Below, one piece after another: positions 1 through 8,281 of a stretch of DNA of 64,000 nucleotides. How positions within the stretch are numbered: the stretch's first letter is position 1; every line of letters begins with the position of its first letter. Source of the DNA: Spirochaetota bacterium (GTDB lineage: Bacteria; Spirochaetota; Spirochaetia; Treponematales; UBA12059); contig JANNSO010000139.1 in NCBI GenBank assembly GCA_031402655.1, forward strand, positions 3,120-67,119. Direction: 5' to 3'. The translations under genes and the position numbers were made by a program. Below the pieces are notes generated by a model, which saw only the letters and a list, made by a program, of their open reading frames with translations, did no database searches and was not told the origin of the DNA.

Positions 1-80
1 AGCGCGGGAGACTGGGCGTTTGCAGGAAAAAATATGAATAAGCCATATAGTATCAGGGGAAAAAGGACTCGTTTCATCAT
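1..80 (-). CDS. 5' end of a secreted protein, runs off the window
   Basis: Manual translation MMKRVLFPLILYGLFIFFPANA-QSPA: basic N-terminus, hydrophobic core and AxA cleavage motif; not in the ORF track. Confidence 0.6.
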   Translation of the reverse strand, partial: MMKRVLFPLILYGLFIFFPANAQSPA

Positions 81-113
81 TCCTACTCTACCCGAGGCAC
101 GCGTATCTTGCAA

Positions 114-173
114 GCATCTTGATGCAGTGCATCTTGATGCAGCGCATCTGAATGCGAGGCGTCTTGACGCCCA
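114..173. repeat. four tandem 15-bp units, each with a GCATC-NN-GATGC palindromic core
   Basis: gcatcttgatgcagt / gcatcttgatgcagc / gcatctgaatgcgag / gcgtcttgacgccca. Confidence 0.8.
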
Positions 174-212
174 AGGCATCCCCATAGTACACATTAACAG
201 TTGACTGGATTT

Positions 213-295
213 GCCGGCATGGCGGAATGGCAGACGCGATGGACTCAAAATCCATTGTTCGCAAGGATGTGTGGGTTCAAGTCCCACTGCCGGCA
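213..295 (+). tRNA. tRNA-Leu (anticodon CAA)
   Basis: Acceptor stem gccggca/tgccggc, D-loop ggaatggcaga, anticodon arm atgga-ctCAAaa-tccat, long variable arm, T-loop ggttcaagtcc; CCA not encoded. Confidence 0.96.
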
Positions 296-305
296 CTGGA
301 TTTAT

Positions 306-353
306 AAAAGCGCGCTCCGTTTGCGGGACACCCCGTCCGGAATGCGCTTTTTT
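306..353 (+). terminator. probable intrinsic terminator after the tRNA
   Basis: aaaagcgc...gcgctttttt stem with U-tract. Confidence 0.55.
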
Positions 354-365
354 ATTGGAGGCAAC

Positions 366-1007
366 ATGAATTCCGTTGAAACCTGGCACGCCGAAACCCT
401 CGGCAATTCAGCCGTCGCGGCTCTGAACCGCAATGGATTTTCCGCCCAGTATTACCCAACCAGGCAGCAAGTTTCCGCCATCATGGAGCAGTGGCTCGTA
501 AAAGGCGCAAGTGTCGGATTCGGCGGATCGATGACGGTACGGGATCTCGGCATCCAGGAGCGGGCCGCCGAGGCCGGATGCGAAATCCTGGACCACAATG
601 CCCCCGGCCTTGAGCCCGACGCGCGCAAGACCATACTCCGCAGGCAGCTTACCTGCGACCTGTTCATCTCGAGCTCCAACGCCATCACGCTGGACGGCGA
701 AATCGTAAACGTCGACGGCACGGGCAACAGGGTTGCCGCTCTTACCTTTGGCCCTAAGAAAACCGTAGTAATCGCAGGCATCAACAAGATAGTAAGAAAC
801 CTGGACGAAGCGTATGCGCGCATAGAAACCTTCGCTTCGCCCATGAACAACAAGCGCCTGGATAGGGCGAATCCCTGCGTAAAAACCGGTATCTGCATGG
901 ACTGCAAACTGGAAACCCGAATATGCCGCATTTACAGCGTGCTCCGCATGCGCCCGTCGATGTCCGACTTCTCTGTTATCATCGTGGGCGAATCATTGGG
1001 TTATTAG
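366..1007 (+). CDS. LUD-domain (lactate utilization) protein
   Basis: GFGGSMT, SSNAITLDGEIVNVDGTGNRVAA, C-terminal PCVKTGICMDC...C; RBS ggagg before ATG 366. Confidence 0.85.
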   Translation: MNSVETWHAETLGNSAVAALNRNGFSAQYYPTRQQVSAIMEQWLVKGASVGFGGSMTVRDLGIQERAAEAGCEILDHNAPGLEPDARKTILRRQLTCDLFISSSNAITLDGEIVNVDGTGNRVAALTFGPKKTVVIAGINKIVRNLDEAYARIETFASPMNNKRLDRANPCVKTGICMDCKLETRICRIYSVLRMRPSMSDFSVIIVGESLGY

Positions 1008-1081
1008 AACTTCCAGTCAGTCCAGCAGGCTTGCGTACCCTTGATCTGATAAGTCCCCTTATATTGGTATGAGAGATTTAT

Positions 1082-1300
1082 ATGCCCATAATTCGTCCCA
1101 GTGCCGATTTAAGGAATAGGGGACCTCTAATAACCTTGTTGGTTATCAGAGGTCCCTCACCAATTCCTTACAGGAATCAGGCTTTTTAATGGTAGACCTC
1201 TCAAAACTGAAGTTTTGAGAGGTCTCCAATAATTACAACGAAATATCGGAATCTTTCAACAAATTTTAGGAACCGGTTTTTATTTCAAAAAACGGGCAAG
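1082..1300 (+). pseudogene. Phd/YefM-family antitoxin pseudogene split by a 109-bp insertion
   Basis: MPIIRPSADLRN [insert 1119-1227] NYNEISESFNKF*EPVFISKNGQ; internal TAG at 1267; truncated where the REP-like repeats begin. Confidence 0.8.
1119..1227. mobile_element. 109-bp MITE-like element made of two hairpins
   Basis: Terminal IR GGGGACCTCT/GGAGACCTCT; AATA duplicated at 1115-1118 and 1228-1231; hairpins 1119-1156 and 1194-1225. Confidence 0.8.
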
Positions 1301-1301
1301 T

Positions 1302-1351
1302 TGCCTGTCACCACCCGAAAATCAGGCGAAGTAGATGCGGTGCCTGTCACC
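1302..1351. repeat. REP-like repeats upstream of the RAYT
   Basis: Two tgcctgtcacc copies with a spacer resembling the downstream 67-bp unit. Confidence 0.7.
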
Positions 1352-1424
1352 TTGCTTTGCATTCCGCATGCAAAGCAGTTTTTCCCAGAGTATATATCTT
1401 GAACCACATGAAAAGGAGGGAACC

Positions 1425-1997
1425 ATGAGACACTCGAGAATTATTATTCCAGGGGCGGCATATCATGTTAGCGCACGTGCCAACCGAAAAGAGTATTTGC
1501 TTGGATCCGCTTTAGCCAAAGATGTTTTTCTGGAAACCCTCGGACAGGCACGAACGAAATATCGATTCATCGTTGATAACTTTGTTATTATGGAAAATCA
1601 TTTCCATTTACTATTACAACCAGCACCAGCAGTAGCCTTGCCCCATATCATGAGGTGGCTGCTGGGCGTCTACACGAAGAAATACAATAAAATCTACAAA
1701 ACCTGCGGCCATGTCTGGGGCGCGCGCTATTTTTCCCGTCCTATTCGCACGTTCCGCGATTACATGGATGTGCAAAATTACATCGACATGAATCCCGTAA
1801 AAGCGCAGCTTGTCCAACGCTCGGCAAACTGGGCATGGAACGGCCTTTCGCACCGCAAGACCGGCTGTTACACCATAGTAGATCCACTGCCGTACTGGTT
1901 ACTGAGGCACCTGCCGGAGCATGCGCCGCTGATGCTGGAGGGACACACCTACTTGAAATCAGGAGGAGTAGAAGCGGTGCCTGTCACCCTAGTTTAA
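1425..1997 (+). mobile_element. REP-associated tyrosine transposase (RAYT, Y1/HUH, IS200/IS605 superfamily)
   Basis: YHVSARAN, HUH motif MENHFHLLL, VWGARYFSRPI, YIDMNPVKAQLV; RBS aaggagg. Confidence 0.88.
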
Positions 1998-2131
1998 TTT
2001 TTTAGGGACAGGCACCCACCGAAAACCAGGCGGATTAGAAGCGGTGCCTGTCACCTTAGTTTAATTTTTTAGGGACAGGCACCCACCGAAAACCAGGCGG
2101 ACTAGAAGCGGTGCCTGTAACCCTAGTTTAA
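1955..2131. repeat. about 2.6 tandem copies of a 67-bp REP/REPIN-like unit
   Basis: gaagcggtgc recurs at 1971, 2038 and 2105; the full units carry the hairpin ggtgcctgtc...gacaggcacc. Confidence 0.9.
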
Positions 2132-4231
2132 GCCGCCTGCAAGCTTGCCGTCGGGGCGAGTCTGCAACACCGGGATATCGTCGTATCGGCCTGAATTATT
2201 CCAGAATGTAAGCCCTTCGTTGCTTGAATCCCGTATTCCGTCCACCTGCAGGCTTACATACTTAGGCGAATAAAATTCCCGGTCGTAGCGCACGTTCAGG
2301 AAAAACGCCTGCAGGTACGGCCTTATGACCACTTTCTTCCGGCCGATATACGAGTTGCGCAGCGTTCCAAGCTGGTAAATCCGATACGGCCGCTGCTCCG
2401 CCGGCGCAAATGCCATAAAGTCCTGCTCAAAATGCGAGGGGTAGAACATAGGACAGATTACATCCACGTACCGCGATAACAGCTCGACATCCTGCCCGGT
2501 GCGCACGCCCGAGCGATACCAGCCGTTGGCCCCGTATATGTCGATGCTGATGGGAGCGGCGATGTTGGCCCGGGCATAATTCAGGAACGACATCAATGCG
2601 CTTTCCTTGTCCATGCCCGCATCCTTCCATCGATATGACGCATCGCCCAGATTTTCGCCGTCTGTCGGAAATCTTATATAATCAAATTGAACCTCGTCGA
2701 ATCCGCGCGCGATTATTTCCCTGGCGATGGCGACATTGTATTCCCATACTTTCTCGCTGTACGGGTCGATCCAATATTCGCCGTAGTATTCACGCTCATA
2801 GACAGGCGCTGCCGTTACCGCCGCGGGTTTACCCGGGGTGCCTGCCGCCGGAGCCGGCGCCGCCGGGACGGCATCCTTCTTTACGGTTCGATACCCGCGC
2901 CACGGGGCTTTGGCACTCGAATCCCAGATGGCATATTTTCCACCGGAATATTCGAACAGTCGCTTGTCCTTAAAAACCACGATACGCGCCACGAGGTATC
3001 GGTTCTTAGCCTTCATCTCGCGTACGAAACCTTCTATATCGAGAGGGCTTACGGTTCTGCCTATCGCCGCGATTGCGGGATCCCTGGGCGTAAAGCGAAG
3101 CTGGCCCACATCATCCTTAAGGTCCACCGTTACCATATCCAGGTTGCGTTCGGTCATCACCTTGTCGAACCTGGCGCGGGAATCCGCATGAACCATAAAT
3201 CCAGTCTGGAGATAAAAGCCGTTCTTGCCGTCTGCGGCCGCGCGATAGGGCTTGCCGCTCTTAAATGAGACGAGCCACAGCTCGGAAAGGTTCAGCGACG
3301 GAAGGTTCGAAGCATCCGACCAGAGGGCGTTCAGTTGCACGGGAAACAAACTGGCCGCCATGTTTACTGCAACGGTTTCCTGGGAGGCCTTGCCTGCCGT
3401 CCCGTCGTCGGCCAGCTTCATCACCGTGCCGTCCGTTACGAAAAGCAGCCCGTCCTTGCGCGGCATAAGCGAGTCGAAGGCGCCAAACGCGGCATCCTGC
3501 CTGTAAGCCAGCTTAAAGACGCGCCCGGCGACATCGTATTTGTATATACGCGGCAAAAAGGAATTCGCCGCCCAGATGACAGGTCCCTCCGGGCGTGCAT
3601 CAACGACTATATCCGAAATCTCGTCGGAGCTGGTTGTGGGGCAGCTCTTGCCTAAATCCCCGCCTATCTCGCGCCAGGCGTTCTTTTCGCCAGCCAATGC
3701 GCGCACAAACGGCCCCTTGATGCTATGCGAGGCGAACACCAGAAGCTCGGGCACGCTGGTAATGGCTACGGCCTTGAGTCCGGGAGCCGGATACGGCGTA
3801 GGATAGGCCTTCCAGCTTTTGCCGCCGTCCCGTGTTACGAATACTTCATCTTTTGTGCAGGTAACCATAGTGGCAGGCGCGTAGGGGTCGAACTCCAGAT
3901 CTTTAAGCTCCTGGATTTCCTTGAGAAATCCTTTTGCGCCGTTTACGTAAGTCTTTATGGTTTTATCCGGCAGGCCGGCATTACGTTCCTCGAACGCTAC
4001 CAGGTCCCGGGAGTAAAGAATCCCGCGGGAACCAAGAAAAAACCAGGCATCGCCTGCTTTAACTATCTTGCGTATCTCAACGTCGCGGAGCAGCGAAACG
4101 GTTTTTCCGACAGCTTCTAGTCGATACAAACCGTCCGCGGTTCCCATCAGCACGGGCTGTGCCGCCAGCATAAAGGCTGAAAAACAAAGCATAAAACCAA
4201 GTGAGAATTTAGGCTGATTCAGTACATACAT
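2123..4231 (-). CDS. secreted putative glycoside hydrolase (DUF4015-like) with N-terminal beta-propeller-like region
   Basis: Signal peptide; TRDGGKSW BNR-like motif; VDLKDDVG, ARIVVFKD, GFDEVQFDYIRFP, PMFYPSHF. Confidence 0.75.
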   Translation of the reverse strand: MYVLNQPKFSLGFMLCFSAFMLAAQPVLMGTADGLYRLEAVGKTVSLLRDVEIRKIVKAGDAWFFLGSRGILYSRDLVAFEERNAGLPDKTIKTYVNGAKGFLKEIQELKDLEFDPYAPATMVTCTKDEVFVTRDGGKSWKAYPTPYPAPGLKAVAITSVPELLVFASHSIKGPFVRALAGEKNAWREIGGDLGKSCPTTSSDEISDIVVDARPEGPVIWAANSFLPRIYKYDVAGRVFKLAYRQDAAFGAFDSLMPRKDGLLFVTDGTVMKLADDGTAGKASQETVAVNMAASLFPVQLNALWSDASNLPSLNLSELWLVSFKSGKPYRAAADGKNGFYLQTGFMVHADSRARFDKVMTERNLDMVTVDLKDDVGQLRFTPRDPAIAAIGRTVSPLDIEGFVREMKAKNRYLVARIVVFKDKRLFEYSGGKYAIWDSSAKAPWRGYRTVKKDAVPAAPAPAAGTPGKPAAVTAAPVYEREYYGEYWIDPYSEKVWEYNVAIAREIIARGFDEVQFDYIRFPTDGENLGDASYRWKDAGMDKESALMSFLNYARANIAAPISIDIYGANGWYRSGVRTGQDVELLSRYVDVICPMFYPSHFEQDFMAFAPAEQRPYRIYQLGTLRNSYIGRKKVVIRPYLQAFFLNVRYDREFYSPKYVSLQVDGIRDSSNEGLTFWNNSGRYDDIPVLQTRPDGKLAGGLN

Positions 4232-4369
4232 GAGAATATCTCCAAGTAGTGTTTTGGGAAATTGCTTGCAGGGAGGCTCATATTATAGTAAAAAGCGGAC
4301 GCCTTACAAGGGCAGGCGAGCCTGCCAAAAGCGGGCGAAAGTTGCATCTCCTTGCAGTTCGGTTATCCC

Positions 4370-4684
4370 TTACAAAATTAGATAGGGTATCCGGCCTATT
4401 GCCAATCCATGCTCAAGAGCGCCGGGATTTTCGGCGTTCCCCGACTTTTCAGGGTAGAGATACACGATTCCATTGCTCGACAAACCTCCGGCATGCCAAG
4501 CCCTGCGCTGCTCCAATACGGGTTCCGAACCAAGAATTATGCAGACTCCCATCTCGGCCAAGGCCAGAGACAGCTCCATGTCGCTCATCAGTCTTCCGGG
4601 CGTGATGGAAACTGTCAGATGCGGAGCACCGAGCATGCTGGACACAAAGCCTCCCATAATTCGAAATATCTTGCTATTAGCCAT
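4370..4684 (-). CDS. small hypothetical protein
   Basis: ORF fills the gap and is divergent from the HTH regulator; no recognisable motif; start uncertain (4684 or 4705). Confidence 0.4.
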   Translation of the reverse strand: MANSKIFRIMGGFVSSMLGAPHLTVSITPGRLMSDMELSLALAEMGVCIILGSEPVLEQRRAWHAGGLSSNGIVYLYPEKSGNAENPGALEHGLAIGRIPYLIL

Positions 4685-4752
4685 GATATCTGTGCCAATA
4701 GACAATTGTCAATCAAAGTTTACGGGGCTACGATCATCTAACATCAAAAGCC

Positions 4753-5094
4753 ATGAACGTACTACACGAGCTTCTCGCGAAAAACATAAAACTCTACCGG
4801 GCTCAAAGCAATATGACCCAAGAAATACTCGCAGAGAAGGTTGCGCTATCCACTCCGTATCTGGGCGAAATAGAAACGGGAAGAAAATATCCTTCATCGG
4901 ACGTCTTTTTAAGACTTGCCATCGCCTTGGGCGTCAAGCCATACCAGCTGCTAATGGAGCACCCCTTTTACGCCAGCGCAGAGGAATTGAATAAAGGAGA
5001 CGACATTCGCGGCATATTGGCCCGCGAGTTCAATGCCATGCTGGATAAGCACTTCCTTCCGTCGGAGCCTCCCGACAGGAAGGACCAGCCCTAA
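4753..5094 (+). CDS. XRE-family HTH transcriptional regulator
   Basis: NIKLYRAQSNMTQEILAEKVALSTPYLGEIETGRKYPS. Confidence 0.9.
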   Translation: MNVLHELLAKNIKLYRAQSNMTQEILAEKVALSTPYLGEIETGRKYPSSDVFLRLAIALGVKPYQLLMEHPFYASAEELNKGDDIRGILAREFNAMLDKHFLPSEPPDRKDQP

Positions 5095-5150
5095 CAGTAT
5101 ACAGGCGCTCTTGTTGACCTCCTGAGTACGTAGATCTATACTTCGCCCTG

Positions 5151-5879
5151 ATGGCACCAAATAGCCCGGACACATGGCAATGCTTTTGCGAACTCCGCGC
5201 ATCGTTCCGCGAAAGAGTAACAGCCTGGTCGCTCTTGCTGCCCGGTTTGCTTGAGGCTCAAAAACTTTTGTCCCGCCAACTCAACACTGGCGATTATCCG
5301 CTGGAAACCGCAATAGTTTATAACCGTGCCCTGGACGAGATAGACGCGAATACGGTGATTCGCTGGATACTGGTGGCCGACAATCCGGGTAAGAAGGAGC
5401 AGCTTTCCCTCCAGAACCGATATCTCATTGGCTCTTCGGGCACGATGGCGGAAAATTTCTTTACCCGCGAGCTGGATACGAACTTCCGAAAGGAAGTTGT
5501 CATCATCAACAAAACTCCCATTCATACGGCAAAAACAATACAGTTGCGAGCACTTTTGCGCATCTGTCCGGAAGCTGGATCAGTGTTTGAGGAAAGCCAG
5601 GTTTTTATGGCTGATTTGGCGATTTCGCTGCACCGGCTATTTAAGGCTCCCCTCTGGATTATGGGGCTTTCCGAGTTGCGCAGCCGAGGGCTGTTTGAAG
5701 TCTGGCATCGGCAGTTTAAGACATCGTTAAACAAAGATGACTCGATTCTGGCATTTAATCATTTTTCCATGGGAAGTTTTGCCGGCGATCTTAAAAAAAG
5801 GCGAAGAGCAGGGGAGAAAACGGTCGATGCCGTGCTTCGAATCGGTCACGAAAACAGAATTCGGGTCTTTGGAACCTGA
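5151..5879 (+). CDS. hypothetical protein, uracil-DNA glycosylase-like fold suspected
   Basis: WILVADNPGKKE...LIGSSG and FNHFS resemble the UDG-superfamily motifs GEAPG..E...FVG.AG and HPS. Confidence 0.55.
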   Translation: MAPNSPDTWQCFCELRASFRERVTAWSLLLPGLLEAQKLLSRQLNTGDYPLETAIVYNRALDEIDANTVIRWILVADNPGKKEQLSLQNRYLIGSSGTMAENFFTRELDTNFRKEVVIINKTPIHTAKTIQLRALLRICPEAGSVFEESQVFMADLAISLHRLFKAPLWIMGLSELRSRGLFEVWHRQFKTSLNKDDSILAFNHFSMGSFAGDLKKRRRAGEKTVDAVLRIGHENRIRVFGT

Positions 5880-6056
5880 ATTTTGAAGCCATGGGCTTGA
5901 GAAAATACCGTTTTTTTGCTTTTATATAGCTGGCCATTCCGTGATACCCGGTTTATATTGTATCGATACAAAAGTCGGCTCGAAACCTCAATGGTTTTTC
6001 GGAGCGCAGACAAGCGGGTCAAAGCCAGGCCCTATCTCATGTTCGAGGAGTCAACA

Positions 6057-6932
6057 GTGCCATCAAAAGACAATCTGCCCACGATACGCCGGGAGGCGTT
6101 GGCAGCTCTTATCGACGAGGCGGTCGCAAACGTAAAGTCCACCATGGATGTTACCCTATTGCACGAGTGCCGCGCCCTGTTCCGTAAAAAAGTCCCGTTT
6201 GCCTTGCGTGCCTATGTGGCGGCCGCATTGCTGCTTCGGGCGACGGAAAAACCGCAACAAGGCGGCAAACAGCGTTTCAGCGAACAGCGTCCCGCAGATG
6301 CGCGTTTTAACGATGCAGGAGACAAAGGCAAACGCCAGAAAATCAAAACCCGTGAAGAACCCCGTCAGCAGGCAAATCACGAAAAACAAGCGCCCAGGCC
6401 CAAGCAGAGCCAGGCGCCCGTACGCCAGAGGCCGGAAGAAACCGATGCCGAGCAAAAAGCCCGCATACGGGAAAACCGTTATCAGGGAGAAGGAATTACC
6501 CTGTTCATCAGCGCAGGCAGAAGACAGCGTTTCTATGCCCGGATCGCCCTTAAAATGATCAGCGATATCGAGGGCATCCCGGAATCCGCCATCGGCGACA
6601 TACGCACCATGGACAATTACAGCTTTATCATCGTGGATCCGGCAATCGAGGAATCGGTTATCGCCGCACTCAACGGAACGAGCTTCAAGGGCAGGGCGCT
6701 TGCCGTCAACCGCGCGCGCAAGCGTGACGAAGCCGATGATGCTCCCATCGAAGGCGAACGGTTTTCCGTCAAATTTTCCGATTCCGACCTGGATAAAGAC
6801 GGATTCCTGGACTCCGATTCCGAGAGCGAATATTCCTTGCATGGAGACTCGAAATTCGAATCCGATTCCGATTTCGATTCTGACTCTGATTCTGACTCTG
6901 ATTCCGATTCCGATTCTGATTCGAAAGCCTGA
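6057..6932 (+). CDS. DbpA-type RNA-binding domain protein with acidic Ser-Asp tail
   Basis: LFISAGRRQRFY...IGDIRTMDNYSFI...LNGTSFKGRALAVNRAR; GTG start after gaggag. Confidence 0.8.
   Translation: MPSKDNLPTIRREALAALIDEAVANVKSTMDVTLLHECRALFRKKVPFALRAYVAAALLLRATEKPQQGGKQRFSEQRPADARFNDAGDKGKRQKIKTREEPRQQANHEKQAPRPKQSQAPVRQRPEETDAEQKARIRENRYQGEGITLFISAGRRQRFYARIALKMISDIEGIPESAIGDIRTMDNYSFIIVDPAIEESVIAALNGTSFKGRALAVNRARKRDEADDAPIEGERFSVKFSDSDLDKDGFLDSDSESEYSLHGDSKFESDSDFDSDSDSDSDSDSDSDSKA
6861..6923 (+). repeat. 6-bp coding microsatellite (TCNGAY)n encoding (SD)n
   Basis: tccgattccgatttcgattctgactctgat... Confidence 0.85.
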
Positions 6933-6942
6933 TAAGAACCCG

Positions 6943-6990
6943 AGCCGGTTTTTTACGCCTTGGCGGGCTTCCGAAAACCGGCTTCATTTT
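6943..6990 (+). terminator. probable terminator hairpin
   Basis: agccggtttt...aaaaccggct followed by tcatttt. Confidence 0.45.
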
Positions 6991-7001
6991 AGAAAAAGCC
7001 T

Positions 7002-7030
7002 AAATTCAATGTGCGATGCACATTGAATTT
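7002..7030. repeat. 29-bp hairpin of the AAATTCAAT family (homologous to 35644-35673)
   Basis: aaattcaatgtgc-gat-gcacattgaattt. Confidence 0.75.
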
Positions 7031-7034
7031 TCCT

Positions 7035-7946
7035 CTAAAGGGTAATCCGCAGCAGCCAGAACACGAGCCAGGCATTCATCGCCAGCGCCAGCAAAAAACT
7101 TCCGGCGCTTATCACGAGGGAAATTGCGGCAAGCCGGCCCCAGCCAGATCCAAAAACACTCCCTTGCAATCGTGAAACATCGCGTTTTGACCTAAAATAA
7201 TACGCACGCCGCCAAAATCGCCGATACAGAAAAAATAGAAAAACGCCGGGTGGCAAAATTGGCAGAACCGGCGAAAAAGCTATGGTCAGGCTGATGGCCA
7301 GAACCAGGGATATGGATGGATTCGTTAATATCGAAGTAATCAGCCCGCTTATCACGAGTATACCCAGGGCCAGGGAAATCTGGGTCAGTGGATTCCAGTA
7401 TTCGTTCTTGTGCCTGCCGGCGGCTATCGCCCGGGGCAGGAGCTCCGCATCGCTTAGATTGTGCAGAAGCACAAGCAGCGGCATTTCGGAATTGCCGGCC
7501 ATAGTGGGCATGCCCTCGCGAATTTCCATCATACCGGCTACGAAAATCCGCGTTCCCTGCACCAATGAAGGAAGCGCCGACCAGCGGATTTTATCCACTG
7601 AATCTTCCTCGTCCTGAGGCAGACCCGTTCCGTCCGCACTGCTGCCTGTAAATACATACACCGGTACATTATGCATGGCTACCATAAACGTCTTGCCGTT
7701 GCCGCGTATCCACAGGCAATCGTGTTCGCCCACCGCATCTATCTCCGCAAACACCCTGTACCGCAACGACGATGCCGGGCTGTGGCCGACAAGGGAAAGA
7801 GGGTCGGGATGCGGAAGTCCTTGGGTTTGGGAAAGGCGAACGCGAAACGAGCGCCAGGCTGTGCGAACGATTATCGCTCCTATCACGGGAATCAGTGCGT
7901 AAAACACGAAGGCCGCGATGCCCACCATCCATGATGTAAAAAACAC
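7035..7946 (-). CDS. membrane protein, hypothetical
   Basis: N-terminal and three C-terminal hydrophobic segments. Confidence 0.7.
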   Translation of the reverse strand: MFFTSWMVGIAAFVFYALIPVIGAIIVRTAWRSFRVRLSQTQGLPHPDPLSLVGHSPASSLRYRVFAEIDAVGEHDCLWIRGNGKTFMVAMHNVPVYVFTGSSADGTGLPQDEEDSVDKIRWSALPSLVQGTRIFVAGMMEIREGMPTMAGNSEMPLLVLLHNLSDAELLPRAIAAGRHKNEYWNPLTQISLALGILVISGLITSILTNPSISLVLAISLTIAFSPVLPILPPGVFLFFLYRRFWRRAYYFRSKRDVSRLQGSVFGSGWGRLAAISLVISAGSFLLALAMNAWLVFWLLRITL

Positions 7947-8008
7947 AAAACCTCCATGGCGGCTTATCCCGCTTGCAAAAAAGCCGCCGCATCGATAGTA
8001 TGGCGCCC

Positions 8009-8278
8009 ATGATACAACAGCTCAGTGTAGGTCCCATCGGCGAAAACGTCTATATAATAGAACAGGAAAATTCCGCCCTGATTATCGTGGACCACTGCGC
8101 AGACGGAAAAAAATCGTCAAAGCCGCCATTCCCCCTGTGGAGCGAACATGCGCAGCCCTGAGAGCACGAGTCCGACAGGGATTACTTCGGACAATGTTTC
8201 CGGGGACACGCTTTTTCTCGATGGCCGAGGTGCGAAGACTCCACAACCATCGGCAATGAGCGATGCCGCTTTGGCTAA
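8009..8278 (+). pseudogene. internally deleted MBL-fold (glyoxalase II/YcbL-like) hydrolase pseudogene
   Basis: MIQQLSVGPIGENVYII...IVD, then VSGDTLF..G.G (from 8196) and TTIGNER (from 8243) after frameshifts; HxHxDH missing. Confidence 0.7.
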
Positions 8279-8281
8279 AGC

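Noticed and set aside
201-365. N-terminal extension of the LUD ORF
   Set aside because: Overlaps tRNA-Leu and its terminator; the RBS supports ATG 366
1955-2131. CRISPR array (67-bp period)
   Set aside because: The whole unit is repeated with no unique spacers, and the adjacent RAYT explains it
213-2131. tRNA-anchored genomic island or prophage
   Set aside because: No integrase, no second copy of the tRNA 3' end noticed, and no phage genes
4255-4270. Possible sigma54 site TGGGAA-N5-TTGCA
   Set aside because: Weak -24 match and no plus-strand gene within about 480 bp
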